Assembly: GCA_963717145.1 (NCBI GenBank)
Contig: OY970325.1
Location: 2,784,001-2,848,000 of the forward strand
DNA length: 64,000 nucleotides
Reading direction: 5' to 3'
Source: an uncultured Armatimonadetes bacterium
GTDB lineage: Bacteria > Armatimonadota > UBA5829 > DTJY01
Below, in pieces: positions 29,149-39,243 of this stretch. The first letter of the stretch is position 1. Every line of letters starts with the position of its first letter. Under the pieces are notes generated by a model. It had not been told where the DNA came from, did no database searches, and saw only the letters and a program-made list of their open reading frames with translations. Both the position numbers and the translations under genes were made by a program.

Positions 29149-30240
29149 TCATGGATTCGGCAGTCTTAGCTCGACCGGGAGCATCTTCGTGAACTCCTTG
29201 TGCGGCTCGGTCTGATACCAGTAGGTCGTCGAACTCCAGTCGTCGCTTCGGTCGTTCGCATGCCCGTGCTCGATCGACACGCGGATGTTCTTCTTGAACG
29301 GGACCGGGTCGAGGATGTGGTATCGGTAGACACAGACCTTGCCCCATTCGTTCCAGCCCTGATCGAGTTCGCTCCACGCCTGACCGTTGTAGAGGAACGC
29401 GTTCTGCTGCATCCCCCACGCCTGGGCGAGGTAGTCCTCGCTCCCCGTGCCGTGCATGTCCGGCGGCCACTGACGCTCCCCGTCGCGGTCGATGAAGATC
29501 ATGTCGTCGCCTTCGCCCCACCAGCCCTTCGCGGTGTGGTCGATCGAGAAGTTCACGCCGACGTAGTGTCCGATCCCCTCGGCCTCCAGGATGAGGTAGT
29601 TGCCCTTATCGCTGAGGTTGATGCCCTCCGGACCGTCGTGCCGCTTCTTGTACCCCTCGGAGAACCAGACGCTGCCCTCGCCGGTCCAGCCATCAGCCGG
29701 GTTCTCTCTGCGCCACTTCGCATGGAAGCAGAGGACGTCGTCGCCGAGCGACTGGTGCTTCTGATAGTCGATGTAGAAGTAGAAGGCGTGTACCGGCTCG
29801 GTCTGCTCGTTGACGATCTCGACGCGTGCGTGCTTGCGGAACGGCATCTGGAACCAGCAGTTCATCGCCACTCCGCCGCCTACGACGCACTGCGCGAAGC
29901 TGCTCGTATTGAACGGCGCGCACTGGTAGGAGTAGGTCCGCGCATGGCCGAGCCCGAAGAAGTCGCCGACCGGCGTCTCGACCGAGGGCGTCTTCTCGCC
30001 GTCCCAGTATATGCGCAGGAGGAGCTTGCGCAGGTACAGCGGATCGGGCGATGCGATCGTGAACCAGATGTGGCTGATCGCGCCTGGCCCGTCGATCTCG
30101 GCGAGCACCTTGGTCTCACCAGGCGCGATCTCCCAGGCGTCGGCGTTTCGTCCTGAGACGTCGTAGCTGCTCACACGTGCGACCGAGAAGTCCTTGGCCG
30201 TCGTGAGCGCGGAAAGCATGTTGCACGGAACAATTGACAC
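29149..30240 (-). CDS. DUF2961 / GH172-family glycoside hydrolase
   Basis: GPGAISHIWFT, PVGDFFG, WWGEGDD, HGTGSEDY, YRYHILDPVPF. Confidence 0.9.
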   Translation of the reverse strand: MSIVPCNMLSALTTAKDFSVARVSSYDVSGRNADAWEIAPGETKVLAEIDGPGAISHIWFTIASPDPLYLRKLLLRIYWDGEKTPSVETPVGDFFGLGHARTYSYQCAPFNTSSFAQCVVGGGVAMNCWFQMPFRKHARVEIVNEQTEPVHAFYFYIDYQKHQSLGDDVLCFHAKWRRENPADGWTGEGSVWFSEGYKKRHDGPEGINLSDKGNYLILEAEGIGHYVGVNFSIDHTAKGWWGEGDDMIFIDRDGERQWPPDMHGTGSEDYLAQAWGMQQNAFLYNGQAWSELDQGWNEWGKVCVYRYHILDPVPFKKNIRVSIEHGHANDRSDDWSSTTYWYQTEPHKEFTKMLPVELRLPNP

Positions 30241-30292
30241 GTTTCATCCTCCTGGAACTCGGAATGCTCGACTCTCGAAAAACTACTCCGTC

Positions 30293-30400
30293 AGTCCTGA
30301 GTGCGCCGGTGAATGACGGCGTGTATCGAAGGACGGCCAACATAGTACCAGCCTGGCCGTCCTTCGATACACGCCGTCATTCACCGGCGCACTCAGGACT
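30293..30400. repeat. Perfect 47-bp inverted repeat with 14-nt loop (family H)
   Basis: agtcctgagtgcgccggtgaatgacggcgtgtatcgaaggacggcca and its exact reverse complement. Confidence 0.9.
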
Positions 30401-30445
30401 AGCGGGGTTTCCTAGACAGTAAGGTACATCAATCGTACAAAGAAA

Positions 30446-31843
30446 TCAACCGTTGACCTCGCGGAACTGGCGGTCGTCGGTCCTCAGCCTGAAACTCAAC
30501 AACTCATGCTTTAGGCGGTCGGCCTCCCCCTTGGCGTCCGGTTTGCCCGCGAGATTCAGTGACTCGGTGGGATCATTCTTCAAGTCGAAAAGCTGCAGAA
30601 CGTCATTCCCCGCGTTCACCACCATCTTCCATCGTCGGTCGAAGATCATCGCACGGTCGTCGATCTCGCTGACGACGACCGATGATCCCACCTTCGATCC
30701 GTCGAGCGCCGGCCGGACCGAGTCCCCGAAGACATTTCGGTAGGGCTTCTCGCATCCGGCCGCATCGAGCACAGTCGCGGTCAAGTCCGGCAGCGAAATG
30801 AGGCCGTCGCAGGTCACGGCACTGGGAGCCCCTCCCGGCGGACGAAGGATCGCCGGCACGTGCGCCGCGGACTCGAAGAAGACCGATTTGCTGCACCGTC
30901 CCTTGTCGCCCGCCATCTCGCCGTGATCGGTCCAGAAGAGCACCCAGGAATCTCTTCCTCGCGTGGCATACCATGCCTCCAGTACCCGGCCCATCACCGC
31001 ATCCACGTGCTCCACCTTCGCCGAGTAGAGCGCGCGCAGGCGAGCGAATTGCTCGGGAGTCGTATTCGGATGAAAGCTCATCACCTTCTGATGGTACTCG
31101 AGCGCCGGGCCGGTGAGCCATTCGGGCGCGGGATCGCGGGGGAGCGCATCCGGCATGTCGGCGGACGGGTATGTGTCGAAGCGTTGAGGCGGGTCCCACG
31201 GATTATGCGGCCCTCCGATCCCGACGAACTGGTAAAGGGGCTTAGACTTATCCGATGACTTTATGTACTCGACCGCCTGCTGACCGATGAAGTCGTCGGC
31301 ATGCTTCCCCTCCGGAAGCGGCGACGCCCAGTGGGCGAGGTCTACGCCGACCTTGCTCCGCTTGAGGTAGTCCTCGATGAAGAGATCGTATATGCCGTTC
31401 GCCTCGAAGAAGTCGGTGAGGATCGACTTCGTGGTCCGGGTGGAGAACGGGCCGGTGGTCTCTCGGATGTCATCCCATCCGAGCGCGTGCATAAAGGGCT
31501 CCTCCTCACGGAGGTCCTTGTTGCCGCCGTGGGGGTGGAGATGGCTCTTCCCGATGTGGCACGTGTGGTATCCGGCCTTCTTGATGGCATGGAGGGAGGA
31601 GTCGCCGGTGTCCTGCAGGCGTCCGGTGTTCGTCCACATACCGAAGTTGTGCGGATACATGCCGGTCAGGAACGAGGTCCGCGCCGGCATGCATATCGGA
31701 CAACTGGTGTAGCATTGGGTGAACCTCGCTCCCTCGGCGGCAAGCGAATCGAGCGTCGGAGTGCGCACGTGCTTCGCGCCATAAGCGCCGATCCAGTCGA
31801 ACCGGTGCTGGTCCGTCATCAGAACGAGAATGTCTTTAGGCAT
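30446..31843 (-). CDS. Sulfatase (Cys-type)
   Basis: TDQHR, CMPAR, GKSHL, TDHGE. Confidence 0.9.
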   Translation of the reverse strand: MPKDILVLMTDQHRFDWIGAYGAKHVRTPTLDSLAAEGARFTQCYTSCPICMPARTSFLTGMYPHNFGMWTNTGRLQDTGDSSLHAIKKAGYHTCHIGKSHLHPHGGNKDLREEEPFMHALGWDDIRETTGPFSTRTTKSILTDFFEANGIYDLFIEDYLKRSKVGVDLAHWASPLPEGKHADDFIGQQAVEYIKSSDKSKPLYQFVGIGGPHNPWDPPQRFDTYPSADMPDALPRDPAPEWLTGPALEYHQKVMSFHPNTTPEQFARLRALYSAKVEHVDAVMGRVLEAWYATRGRDSWVLFWTDHGEMAGDKGRCSKSVFFESAAHVPAILRPPGGAPSAVTCDGLISLPDLTATVLDAAGCEKPYRNVFGDSVRPALDGSKVGSSVVVSEIDDRAMIFDRRWKMVVNAGNDVLQLFDLKNDPTESLNLAGKPDAKGEADRLKHELLSFRLRTDDRQFREVNG

Positions 31844-31886
31844 CTGTAGTTCCTACTCGTACTCCTAATCGTAATCGTACTCGAAC

Positions 31887-31955
31887 CCGGGCGAAGCATT
31901 GGCGCTGCGATTCGAGCACTTGCTGCTCGGCGATGGGCCAATGCTTCGCCCCTAC
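31887..31955. repeat. GTAG-type REP (family E); second copy at 33657-33724
   Basis: gggcgaagcattggc ... gccaatgcttcgcccctac. Confidence 0.8.
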
Positions 31956-31975
31956 ACATATTGGTCCGTGCCAAT

Positions 31976-32078
31976 GTAGGAGGGATTTGCCGGGATGGTT
32001 TGTGCCCGGTAATCCCGAACACAACACATCAACCTTCGGGATTACCGGGCACAAACCATCCCGGCAAATCCCTCCTAC
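31976..32078. repeat. GTAG-type REP doublet (family B); copies at 34437-34535 and 52360-52455
   Basis: gtaggagggattt..cgggatggtttgtgcccggtaatcccga / complement, near-identical at three loci. Confidence 0.9.
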
Positions 32079-33623
32079 TCACGTTTTCGGGCCTCGCTTG
32101 CCTGGGAAGTTTGGGGTGAAGATGATCTTCTCCTTGCGAATCTGAAGCTTCCCATCCTTCACGAACCGCTCGTCGCGCTCGGAGAAGTGCTTGACCAGCT
32201 CTCGCCGCCAATACTTGAGTGTGTTGGCATGGTCGGAATCGGCTGACAAGTCATGAAGCTCGCCGGGATCCTTATCCAAGTCGAAAAGCTGCTCGCTTCC
32301 GTCGAAGGCGTAGAAGACGTATTTCCAGCGGCCGTCGGTCAGCCCGGCCCAGTTGTTCTCGTTGCTGTAGCAGACATCATGCTCGATGTCGATGTACTTT
32401 CGCCAGCCGGAAGTCTCGCCCTTGATCAGCTCTAACATGCTGTCACCATCGACGCTCTCGGGAATCGGCGCGCCGGCCGCATCGAGGAACGTCGGCAGGA
32501 CGTCGCGCAGTTCGACCGGCTGAGTGATCTTCTGCCCGCGTTTGGCCTCGATCCCCATGTCGCGTCCCCAGCGGACCAGCATCGGGACGTGCGCCGAGCC
32601 CTCGTAGGGATACGACTTCCGCCAGTGATGATGGTCGCCGAGCATGTCGCCGTGATCGCAGGTCCAGACGATCAGCGTGTTCTCCAGTTCGCCCTTCTCT
32701 TCGAGAGCCTTCAGGATGCGGCCGACCTGCTCGTCGATGAACGTGACCGAGCCGTAGTATCCCCGCCGCGACTTCTTCGCCTGCTCGATGCCGAAATCCC
32801 CGTGCCACGAGGTGAGATTCTCTGAGTCGCCTTCCGCGTACTTCCCGGCCCAGTCGCCGACGTAGGGCTCGGGCATGTCGTCCTCGTCATACATGTCCCA
32901 GAACCGCTTCGGCGGATCATAGGGGCTGTGAGGCCGTGCGAACGAGACTTGCAGCATGAACGGCTCATGTCTATCGTATTTCTCGATCCAGTCCACAGCC
33001 GTGTCGCCCATCCAGCGCGTGGGATGCAGTTCCTCCGGCAGGACGTACTGCCGTGACTGGTATTCATTCCAGCCGACGCCGGTCGCGTCGGGATCGAGAT
33101 CGGGCGCTTTCTTCTTGAACCACTGCCGGTAGTCGCTCACGAAGTCCGGACTCCATGCGCGGCCCGACTCATCGAGCAGCGCTCCCTGGAAGCCGTGAAG
33201 GTTCCGCTGAGGGTTGTAGTGCAGCTTGCCGATATTGAACGTGTAGTACCCGGCATCGTTGAGGGCGCGCGGCATCTCGAACGGATACCGCTCAGCGACC
33301 TGCCCGTACCCGATCTGCCCGTGATGCCAGGGCGACTGGCCGGTCAGGAGTGCGGCACGTGCAGGGATGCAGGTCGGCGCCGTGCTGTAGGCATGGGTGA
33401 AGTTCGCGCCTTCCCGGGCGATCCGGTCGAAATTCGGCGTCTTGATGACCTTGTTGCCCGCGCATCCGATGCAGTCCCACCGGTGCTGATCGGTCATCAG
33501 GAACAGGATATTCGGTTTCTTCCTCGCGGACGTTCCCTCAGCCGCGAAAGCGCCTGAGGACAATGCCGCCAATCCCACCCCCGCCATCTTCATAAACTCT
33601 CTCCGTGTCGCCTTGCCACTCAT
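32079..33623 (-). CDS. Tat-exported arylsulfatase (Cys-type)
   Basis: TRREFMK; TDQHR, CIPAR, GKLH, CDHGD. The upstream (ATGAGT)n hexamer repeat makes the start ambiguous. Confidence 0.9.
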   Translation of the reverse strand: MSGKATRREFMKMAGVGLAALSSGAFAAEGTSARKKPNILFLMTDQHRWDCIGCAGNKVIKTPNFDRIAREGANFTHAYSTAPTCIPARAALLTGQSPWHHGQIGYGQVAERYPFEMPRALNDAGYYTFNIGKLHYNPQRNLHGFQGALLDESGRAWSPDFVSDYRQWFKKKAPDLDPDATGVGWNEYQSRQYVLPEELHPTRWMGDTAVDWIEKYDRHEPFMLQVSFARPHSPYDPPKRFWDMYDEDDMPEPYVGDWAGKYAEGDSENLTSWHGDFGIEQAKKSRRGYYGSVTFIDEQVGRILKALEEKGELENTLIVWTCDHGDMLGDHHHWRKSYPYEGSAHVPMLVRWGRDMGIEAKRGQKITQPVELRDVLPTFLDAAGAPIPESVDGDSMLELIKGETSGWRKYIDIEHDVCYSNENNWAGLTDGRWKYVFYAFDGSEQLFDLDKDPGELHDLSADSDHANTLKYWRRELVKHFSERDERFVKDGKLQIRKEKIIFTPNFPGKRGPKT

Positions 33624-33720
33624 ACTCATACTCCTACTCATACTCATACTCAAGTCCGGGCCAAACATTGGCGGCTATATCCGAAAGCTCGCCGAAATCC
33701 GATGGGCCAATGCTTCGCCC

Positions 33721-34407
33721 CTACTGGAACACCTTGCCGATCGTATGGACCACGTCGGTATAGAAGTTCCCGCCGAACTGCCGGAATACCTGGAACTTCA
33801 TGTCCGGACTCCCGACGAACGGCCGAAGTATCCACGCCATCTGCGTCCCCACGAACGCGTAGATGATGAACCAGAACTTGAGCAGCGTTCGATAGGTTGC
33901 CGCATTTCCGCCGGCAATGGTATTGACCGCGCCTCCGACTATCGCCAGTCCCGCGCCCGCCGATATCGCGAAGAAGATCACGTTCAGCAGCTTAATGAAC
34001 GCGTACTGCCTGGCCGAGAGCATGAAGAACGCCGTGATCGGCGCGAACGAGGCGAGCAGCACCGTCGTCACCAGGAAACTCGCCATCAGGACGCCCATCA
34101 ACTGGCGTATGGAAAGGCTGCTCCCGAGCAGCGCGCTCACCACGTACAACGCGGGCAGACAGATCGCCAGCGTCAGCATGAAGAGGCATGGTACCTTGAT
34201 GGCGCTCGCGATGGCCTGCTTCCATCCGTCGTGCGCCGCGATGTTCGACGAACCCATGACGAACCCGTAGAACGCCGAGAGAATGACATTGGCCAGCGCC
34301 GCCCGGCCGATCGGCCAGGCGTCCTTTGTCTTCAGCGCCATCCAGATGCCTGGCCGCTCCCTGAGCGCCTGCTCGAGCATCTTACTCGTAGTGATCCCAT
34401 GGTTCAT
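33721..34407 (-). CDS. Conserved membrane protein (Yip1-like, about 5 TM)
   Basis: SAIKVPCLFMLTLAICLPALY ... FVGTQMAWILRPFVG ... GNFY. Confidence 0.65.
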   Translation of the reverse strand: MNHGITTSKMLEQALRERPGIWMALKTKDAWPIGRAALANVILSAFYGFVMGSSNIAAHDGWKQAIASAIKVPCLFMLTLAICLPALYVVSALLGSSLSIRQLMGVLMASFLVTTVLLASFAPITAFFMLSARQYAFIKLLNVIFFAISAGAGLAIVGGAVNTIAGGNAATYRTLLKFWFIIYAFVGTQMAWILRPFVGSPDMKFQVFRQFGGNFYTDVVHTIGKVFQ

Positions 34408-34436
34408 TGTCGTTACTCCGATCGTCGGATGGTATT

Positions 34437-34535
34437 GTAGGAGGGATTTTCCGGGATGGTTTGTGCCCGGTAATCCCGAACGCATCTTCATTCGGGATTA
34501 CCGGGCACAAACCATCCCGGAAAATCCCTCCTTAC
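34437..34535. repeat. REP doublet family B
   Basis: Matches 31976-32078; overlaps the TAA of the upstream gene. Confidence 0.9.
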
Positions 34536-36939
34536 TCCCACTTCGGCATTACCCAGCAATATGCCGTATACTTCATTTCGCTCCACCCGAGTTCCGGGAG
34601 CGGATGCCCCGGGAACAGGGGCGTCTCCACCGGCACAAACTTCACTCGCACTCGGACCGCCGACTTCCCCTCGGTGAGCTTCCGCGGGACGATGAACTCG
34701 TCGTCACGGAACCGCCGGTTCGACTCGATGATGTTGTGCTCCGCCGGGCCGGTCTCCTCGCGGGGGAACGAGTGGACGCAGGTGTTCGATCCCGCGAGAT
34801 ACCACGTCCCCGCGCGCTTCCAGTCCGACTTCCCGACCTCGGCGACGTAGACCTCCGCGCGTTGGTTTGGGTACGAGTAGTCGAGCTTCCTTCGAAGGAG
34901 CACTCCGTGGTTCTCAGTACCAACTTCAGCGTGAACTCGGACGATCCCTTCGTGACGCGGCCGATGTCCGTCTCGGCGGGGTATATCTCCTTCTCATGAA
35001 GCGTATCCGGCCCCCACTCGTAGCGCGAGGTCACCTCGATCGTCTCCGATGCATCCGACGATAGATAATCGTGCGCCTTCTCGCTCTCGGTGTCGCCGAT
35101 GTCCAGTTCGTCGGTCTTGATGAGCGACGGACTCGGAAGCCCGTACCAGTATGCGACCGTCCGATAGTGCTCGACGGAGTCGTTGACAGCTCCGTGCTCG
35201 AACTGGATGCGCGCGTTCTTCCCGAACGGCATCAGGTCGGCGAGGAGGAAGCGATACTCCGAATGGATGAGGTCCTCAGGGCACTTCGCCTCCTCGGGTT
35301 TCCGAGCGCCGACGGGATGGCCTGCGAGCGGGAGCGTCATCGTGCGGCCGCCCCAGTAGTCGCCGCCGCCACCCCATTCCTCCGTGCCCGTGCCCTGCGC
35401 CTGGGGAGTCCGGCTGTCGTCGAAGAAGAAGCGCGGATCGCCTTCCAGCGTGTTCAGGACCGCGCGGTCGGTGAAGATCAGGCTCGTGCCGACGAAGCTC
35501 CCCGACCAGTCGCCTCCACCCTCGCTCTCCCGCGTGTCGAGCAGCACGAGGTCCTTCCCCGGCTCAGGCGTCGGGTGATCGCGGTACGTCGCATGGAAGT
35601 ATCCCACATGATTCGGCGGATCGTTGAGCGGCTCGTAGCGCACTTTCCACCGGATATCCGGGATGTCCGCCGATTCGATCCCCACCAATTCGATCTTCGC
35701 CGACTTGAAGAACGGCATCGGGAAGTAGCACGCCATGTGGATGCGCCCACCTACCGTTGGGGCAGGAGTTGTACTCCTGCCCCCGGGACTAGCATCGGGA
35801 GTTGAACTCCCGCTTGGTGGCGGGGGAGAGAGTGCAACTCCCTCCCCAACATCATACCGCACGTTGATCGGGAAGCCCTTGAGCAGGTACTCCTTGTCGT
35901 CGCGGTTGTAGAACGTCCCCGTGCCGAAGAAGAGCGCGAGCGGCGCATCGACCGAGGGATGCTCTCTTCCATCCCAACTTATCTTCACCCTGGCGTTAGA
36001 GAGCGCGACCGCATGCTCTTTCGGCGCGGAGAACTCGATCGCGCGGATCATCCTGCTCCCGGCCAGTCGTACCACCCTCACCGTATCGCCCTTCGGGAGA
36101 TCGAGCGAACCGGAGAACCCCTCCCCAGCCCTCCCCGCAACGGAGCGGGAGCAGCTCTCGGGCTCAAGGGAACTCAGAGCAGATTCGGGAGGGCACGGGG
36201 TGGACTCCCTCTCCGTTGCGGGGAGGGCTGGGGAGGGGTTCTCCGGAGCTTCTCCCGCCTTCGAGAGCAGATCGAGCACATCCGCGGCCGGCGGAGTCTT
36301 GCCATCCCACGACTCGATCGGCTGGGAGAGGTTCGCGCCCGGATCGAAGAGGTGATAGATGTAGTAGCCCGTCCCATAATGCGTGCGGCCGTACGCCATG
36401 CGGAACGAGTCCTCGAACGGGATCGGCACCCACATCAGGTCCGCGCCCTTCGTCGTCGCCCACGTCCATGTCAGCGGGTTGGGGAAGAGGTTCTCCGGCA
36501 GGAAGACCGAGCCCTCGACCGGCTTCGTCGGGTCCGCGGTGCTCGACTCCTGCACGATGTGGTCGGCCCCGTCCACCTCGTAGTGCCACGGACTCCCGTG
36601 CCAGTGGTTGGTCCGCACGAAGTAGAGGACCCCCGTACCCAGGACATCGAGCGTCACATTCCGATCCTCCGCGAGCTGATAGAGGAAGTGGCTCGCGTCG
36701 GCGGTCCGATTGCCGCCCGTCCGATCGTAGGTGCTGCGCATATACGCCCGTACCCCGATCCGCTGGTAGGGCCACATCTCCCACATCCGGTAGGCATCAA
36801 GCCCCACCGGCACCACCGGCATATCATCCTTCGCCCCGCCCCCGCTCGATAGCAAGGCGACTGCCAGAACAACAAGCAGTACACTCCCCACTCCGCAGTC
36901 TACACTCAGCACTCTGCGCCTCCCCGCTCTGCATTTCAC
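34532..36939 (-). CDS. Large secreted DUF2961/GH172-like protein with two in-frame palindromic insertions and a frameshift near 34917
   Basis: PSVDAPLALFFG, YFPMPF, LEGD, QGTGTEEW, EHG. Restoring one C at ~34917 joins EFTLKLV-PENHGVLLRRKLDY. Start GTG 36939 is approximate. Confidence 0.8.
35756..35850. repeat. Family A palindromic element inside the coding sequence
   Basis: gttggggcaggagttgtactcctgcccc ... cgggagttgaactcccg ... ggggagagagtgcaactccctccccaac. Confidence 0.85.
36110..36246. repeat. 137-bp palindromic element inside the coding sequence (same family as 52466-52604)
   Basis: ccggagaacccctccccagccctccccgcaacggag ... ctccgttgcggggagggctggggaggggttctccgg. Confidence 0.9.
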
Positions 36940-37002
36940 ACTTCCCTGACTCCTTCGCTGCTTCGCTTGCCGACTCCTTCTGCCAGAGCAGAGCAGTGCG
37001 TG

Positions 37003-37031
37003 TTGACGCCGGCAGGAGAACCGGTTATCAT
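37003..37031 (+). promoter_or_regulatory. Sigma70-type promoter
   Basis: TTGACG, 17 nt, TATCAT upstream of the 37139 gene. Confidence 0.6.
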
Positions 37032-37138
37032 GGACAGGACAAGCCAAAGATCGGCAGCGAAGTTCTCTTGCCGGGGCGGAGAATCCTCAGTGTCTACGCC
37101 CGCAGATCGACAAACTCGGAGTCGAAGGAGGAACTACC

Positions 37139-38014
37139 ATGAAGTGCCGAATGCCAATCGCTCTCATCGCCGGCCTGATCACTATCAGCCTGGCCGCTCC
37201 AGCGCTGGCCTCACCGCCCACCACGGATTCCATCGCCGCAGCTCTGAAGTCGCAGGCCGACGCCTGTGGTCCTTCCCTGGATGTCACCTACAAGTGGGGG
37301 GCATGGGCTCCGGCGGTGAGTTCGATCGGAGGCGACCGGACCACCGCCCGCTACGTCCGAACACCCACCATGCTTCTCATGCAGGAAGCCTCCGACTTGC
37401 CGACGGACCCGAGCAGAAGCGTCTACAACAGGACGACGAAGGAATTGCGGACGATCGCCATACCAGTCAACAAGGCCGAGCCGACCGGATCGATAACACA
37501 CGGAGAGATCAGCTCTCTCTCGACGGATCAGATGGTCGATGTGGTCTACTACCCGCTGCTGGGCGTACCGCTCATCGAGCGCATTGCCAAGGGTGTCGCA
37601 GCCGAGAGTCAGGACATCGTCGGCGGACGACGGTGCTGGCGTATGGATATCCCCCGGGAGGCGGCGGACACGAACCACGGCAACGCCGTAGCCTTCAGCG
37701 TATGGCTGGACCCAAGCGTCGGGATGTGCCCCCGGCTGATAGTCGAACGGTTCTACCGTGGCGACGAGGTGACCTGGGTAGCAACAACGCGGTTCCACGG
37801 CTATAGATCGCTGGGGAATGGAGTCTTCATGCCGATGGAGCAAACCATCTGCTACAACGGCGATACAGCCAAGGCGCTGAAGCTCACGGTGGAGAAGGTT
37901 TCGATCGGGAAAGAGATCCCCGAGAGCGAGTTCATGGTAACCTTCCCGTCCGGGACAAGGGTCTTCACCTTCGACGAGAGTCGGGGCAAGCCCAGGTGGT
38001 CCACAGTCAAGTAA
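37139..38014 (+). CDS. Secreted hypothetical protein (possible LolA-like beta fold)
   Basis: SD aggagg, signal peptide; VWLDPSVGMCP and IPESEFMVTFPSGTRV resemble LolA-like families. Confidence 0.55.
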   Translation: MKCRMPIALIAGLITISLAAPALASPPTTDSIAAALKSQADACGPSLDVTYKWGAWAPAVSSIGGDRTTARYVRTPTMLLMQEASDLPTDPSRSVYNRTTKELRTIAIPVNKAEPTGSITHGEISSLSTDQMVDVVYYPLLGVPLIERIAKGVAAESQDIVGGRRCWRMDIPREAADTNHGNAVAFSVWLDPSVGMCPRLIVERFYRGDEVTWVATTRFHGYRSLGNGVFMPMEQTICYNGDTAKALKLTVEKVSIGKEIPESEFMVTFPSGTRVFTFDESRGKPRWSTVK

Positions 38015-38078
38015 TACCGCGATGGCTCGGGGGAGGTCCCCGAGCCATGTCTTCTTCATTCCGCATGCTCCTTGACTC

Positions 38079-39233
38079 CTACTTGTTCTTCATCCATGCC
38101 CTGGTGAGCACTTTCATCCGATCCGTCACGACACCGCCGTCTGCAACTGCGGACTCAGGCGCATCGGCGGGGAACGTCGGGTTCCAGCCGTTCCAGTACC
38201 CGTAGCAGTGATATGTCCAACTGAAATGGTGCTTCTCGAAGATATCGATCACGTCCGAGAGCCACTTCGCCGCGCCCGGCGCCCAGCGGATGACGCCGAA
38301 CTCCCCGACGAAGATCTTCACGCCATACTTCTTCTGAAACTCGATCGCGGGTTTCATGGAATCCTCGATCGCGCCCTTATCCCAATACATCGGCGTTGAA
38401 CTCTCGAACATCTGCAGCGTGCCGGGATACGGCTTGTGCTCGAACTTGTCGCCCTTGTACGTGTAAAGGCCCTGATGCGTGTAGCTGTGCGGGTAGTAGA
38501 AATGGAAGGAGTAGATCGCTTTCGGGTCTTTCACCGGCGTGAGAGTCGGAGGAAACGCTTGATCGGGGAGCGCCCACGGCGCGGTCTCGACAATCACGTA
38601 CGTGTTCCGGTCGATGGCGCGCACCCGTTTGATGAGCTCAGGAAGGGCCTGTGTGTACCAAAGATCAATCTCGTCCTTTGTGTTCGGCTCGTTCAGAAGA
38701 TCGTAGCCGAGAAGCCACGGATGATTCCCGAAGTTTCGCGCAATGTATTCCCAGAGCGCGATAAGTCCCGGATAGCAGCTTCCCTGACTCGTCTCGCGTG
38801 ACAATGCATCGGTCGAGCGCCCAACGACGCCACCCGCCACGGGAATGACGTAGATGTGATACTTCTCCGCTAGGGCGAGCGCGATCTTCAGGCCCTCGAG
38901 GTTCTTCTTGTAACGCGCGACCGGATCGTCTGCCGATGCCGACGATGAATCTGGGTCAACATCGATCCACAGGCGGATCACATTGATGTTCCACTTCTTG
39001 AACTTGTTGAACGTCTCTTCGTCGAGGAAAACCGGATCGCCGGAGGGCGTGTAGGAATAGGTCTGGAATCCGCGCAGCGGATCAGTCGGCCATACCTTGT
39101 CCTTGCGACTCTGTTCAAGTGGTTTCGACACGACTTCGGCCGCCTCCAGCTTCCCAGACTGCATGAGACACAGGAACATAGCCGCGAACAGAGCGCAACT
39201 CAGTGCCTGCCTTATGCCATCCGGGATTCTCAT
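38079..39233 (-). CDS. GH5 (cellulase family) glycoside hydrolase
   Basis: GYDLLNEP (acid/base), YSFHFY, FVGEFG (nucleophile). Confidence 0.9.
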   Translation of the reverse strand: MRIPDGIRQALSCALFAAMFLCLMQSGKLEAAEVVSKPLEQSRKDKVWPTDPLRGFQTYSYTPSGDPVFLDEETFNKFKKWNINVIRLWIDVDPDSSSASADDPVARYKKNLEGLKIALALAEKYHIYVIPVAGGVVGRSTDALSRETSQGSCYPGLIALWEYIARNFGNHPWLLGYDLLNEPNTKDEIDLWYTQALPELIKRVRAIDRNTYVIVETAPWALPDQAFPPTLTPVKDPKAIYSFHFYYPHSYTHQGLYTYKGDKFEHKPYPGTLQMFESSTPMYWDKGAIEDSMKPAIEFQKKYGVKIFVGEFGVIRWAPGAAKWLSDVIDIFEKHHFSWTYHCYGYWNGWNPTFPADAPESAVADGGVVTDRMKVLTRAWMKNK

Positions 39234-39243
39234 CGGCCTCCCC

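Noticed and set aside
33618-33668. N-terminal MSMSMSRSMSMS extension of the sulfatase
   Set aside because: Translation of an intergenic hexamer repeat, similar to those at ~31854 and ~55708; probable start is 33623.
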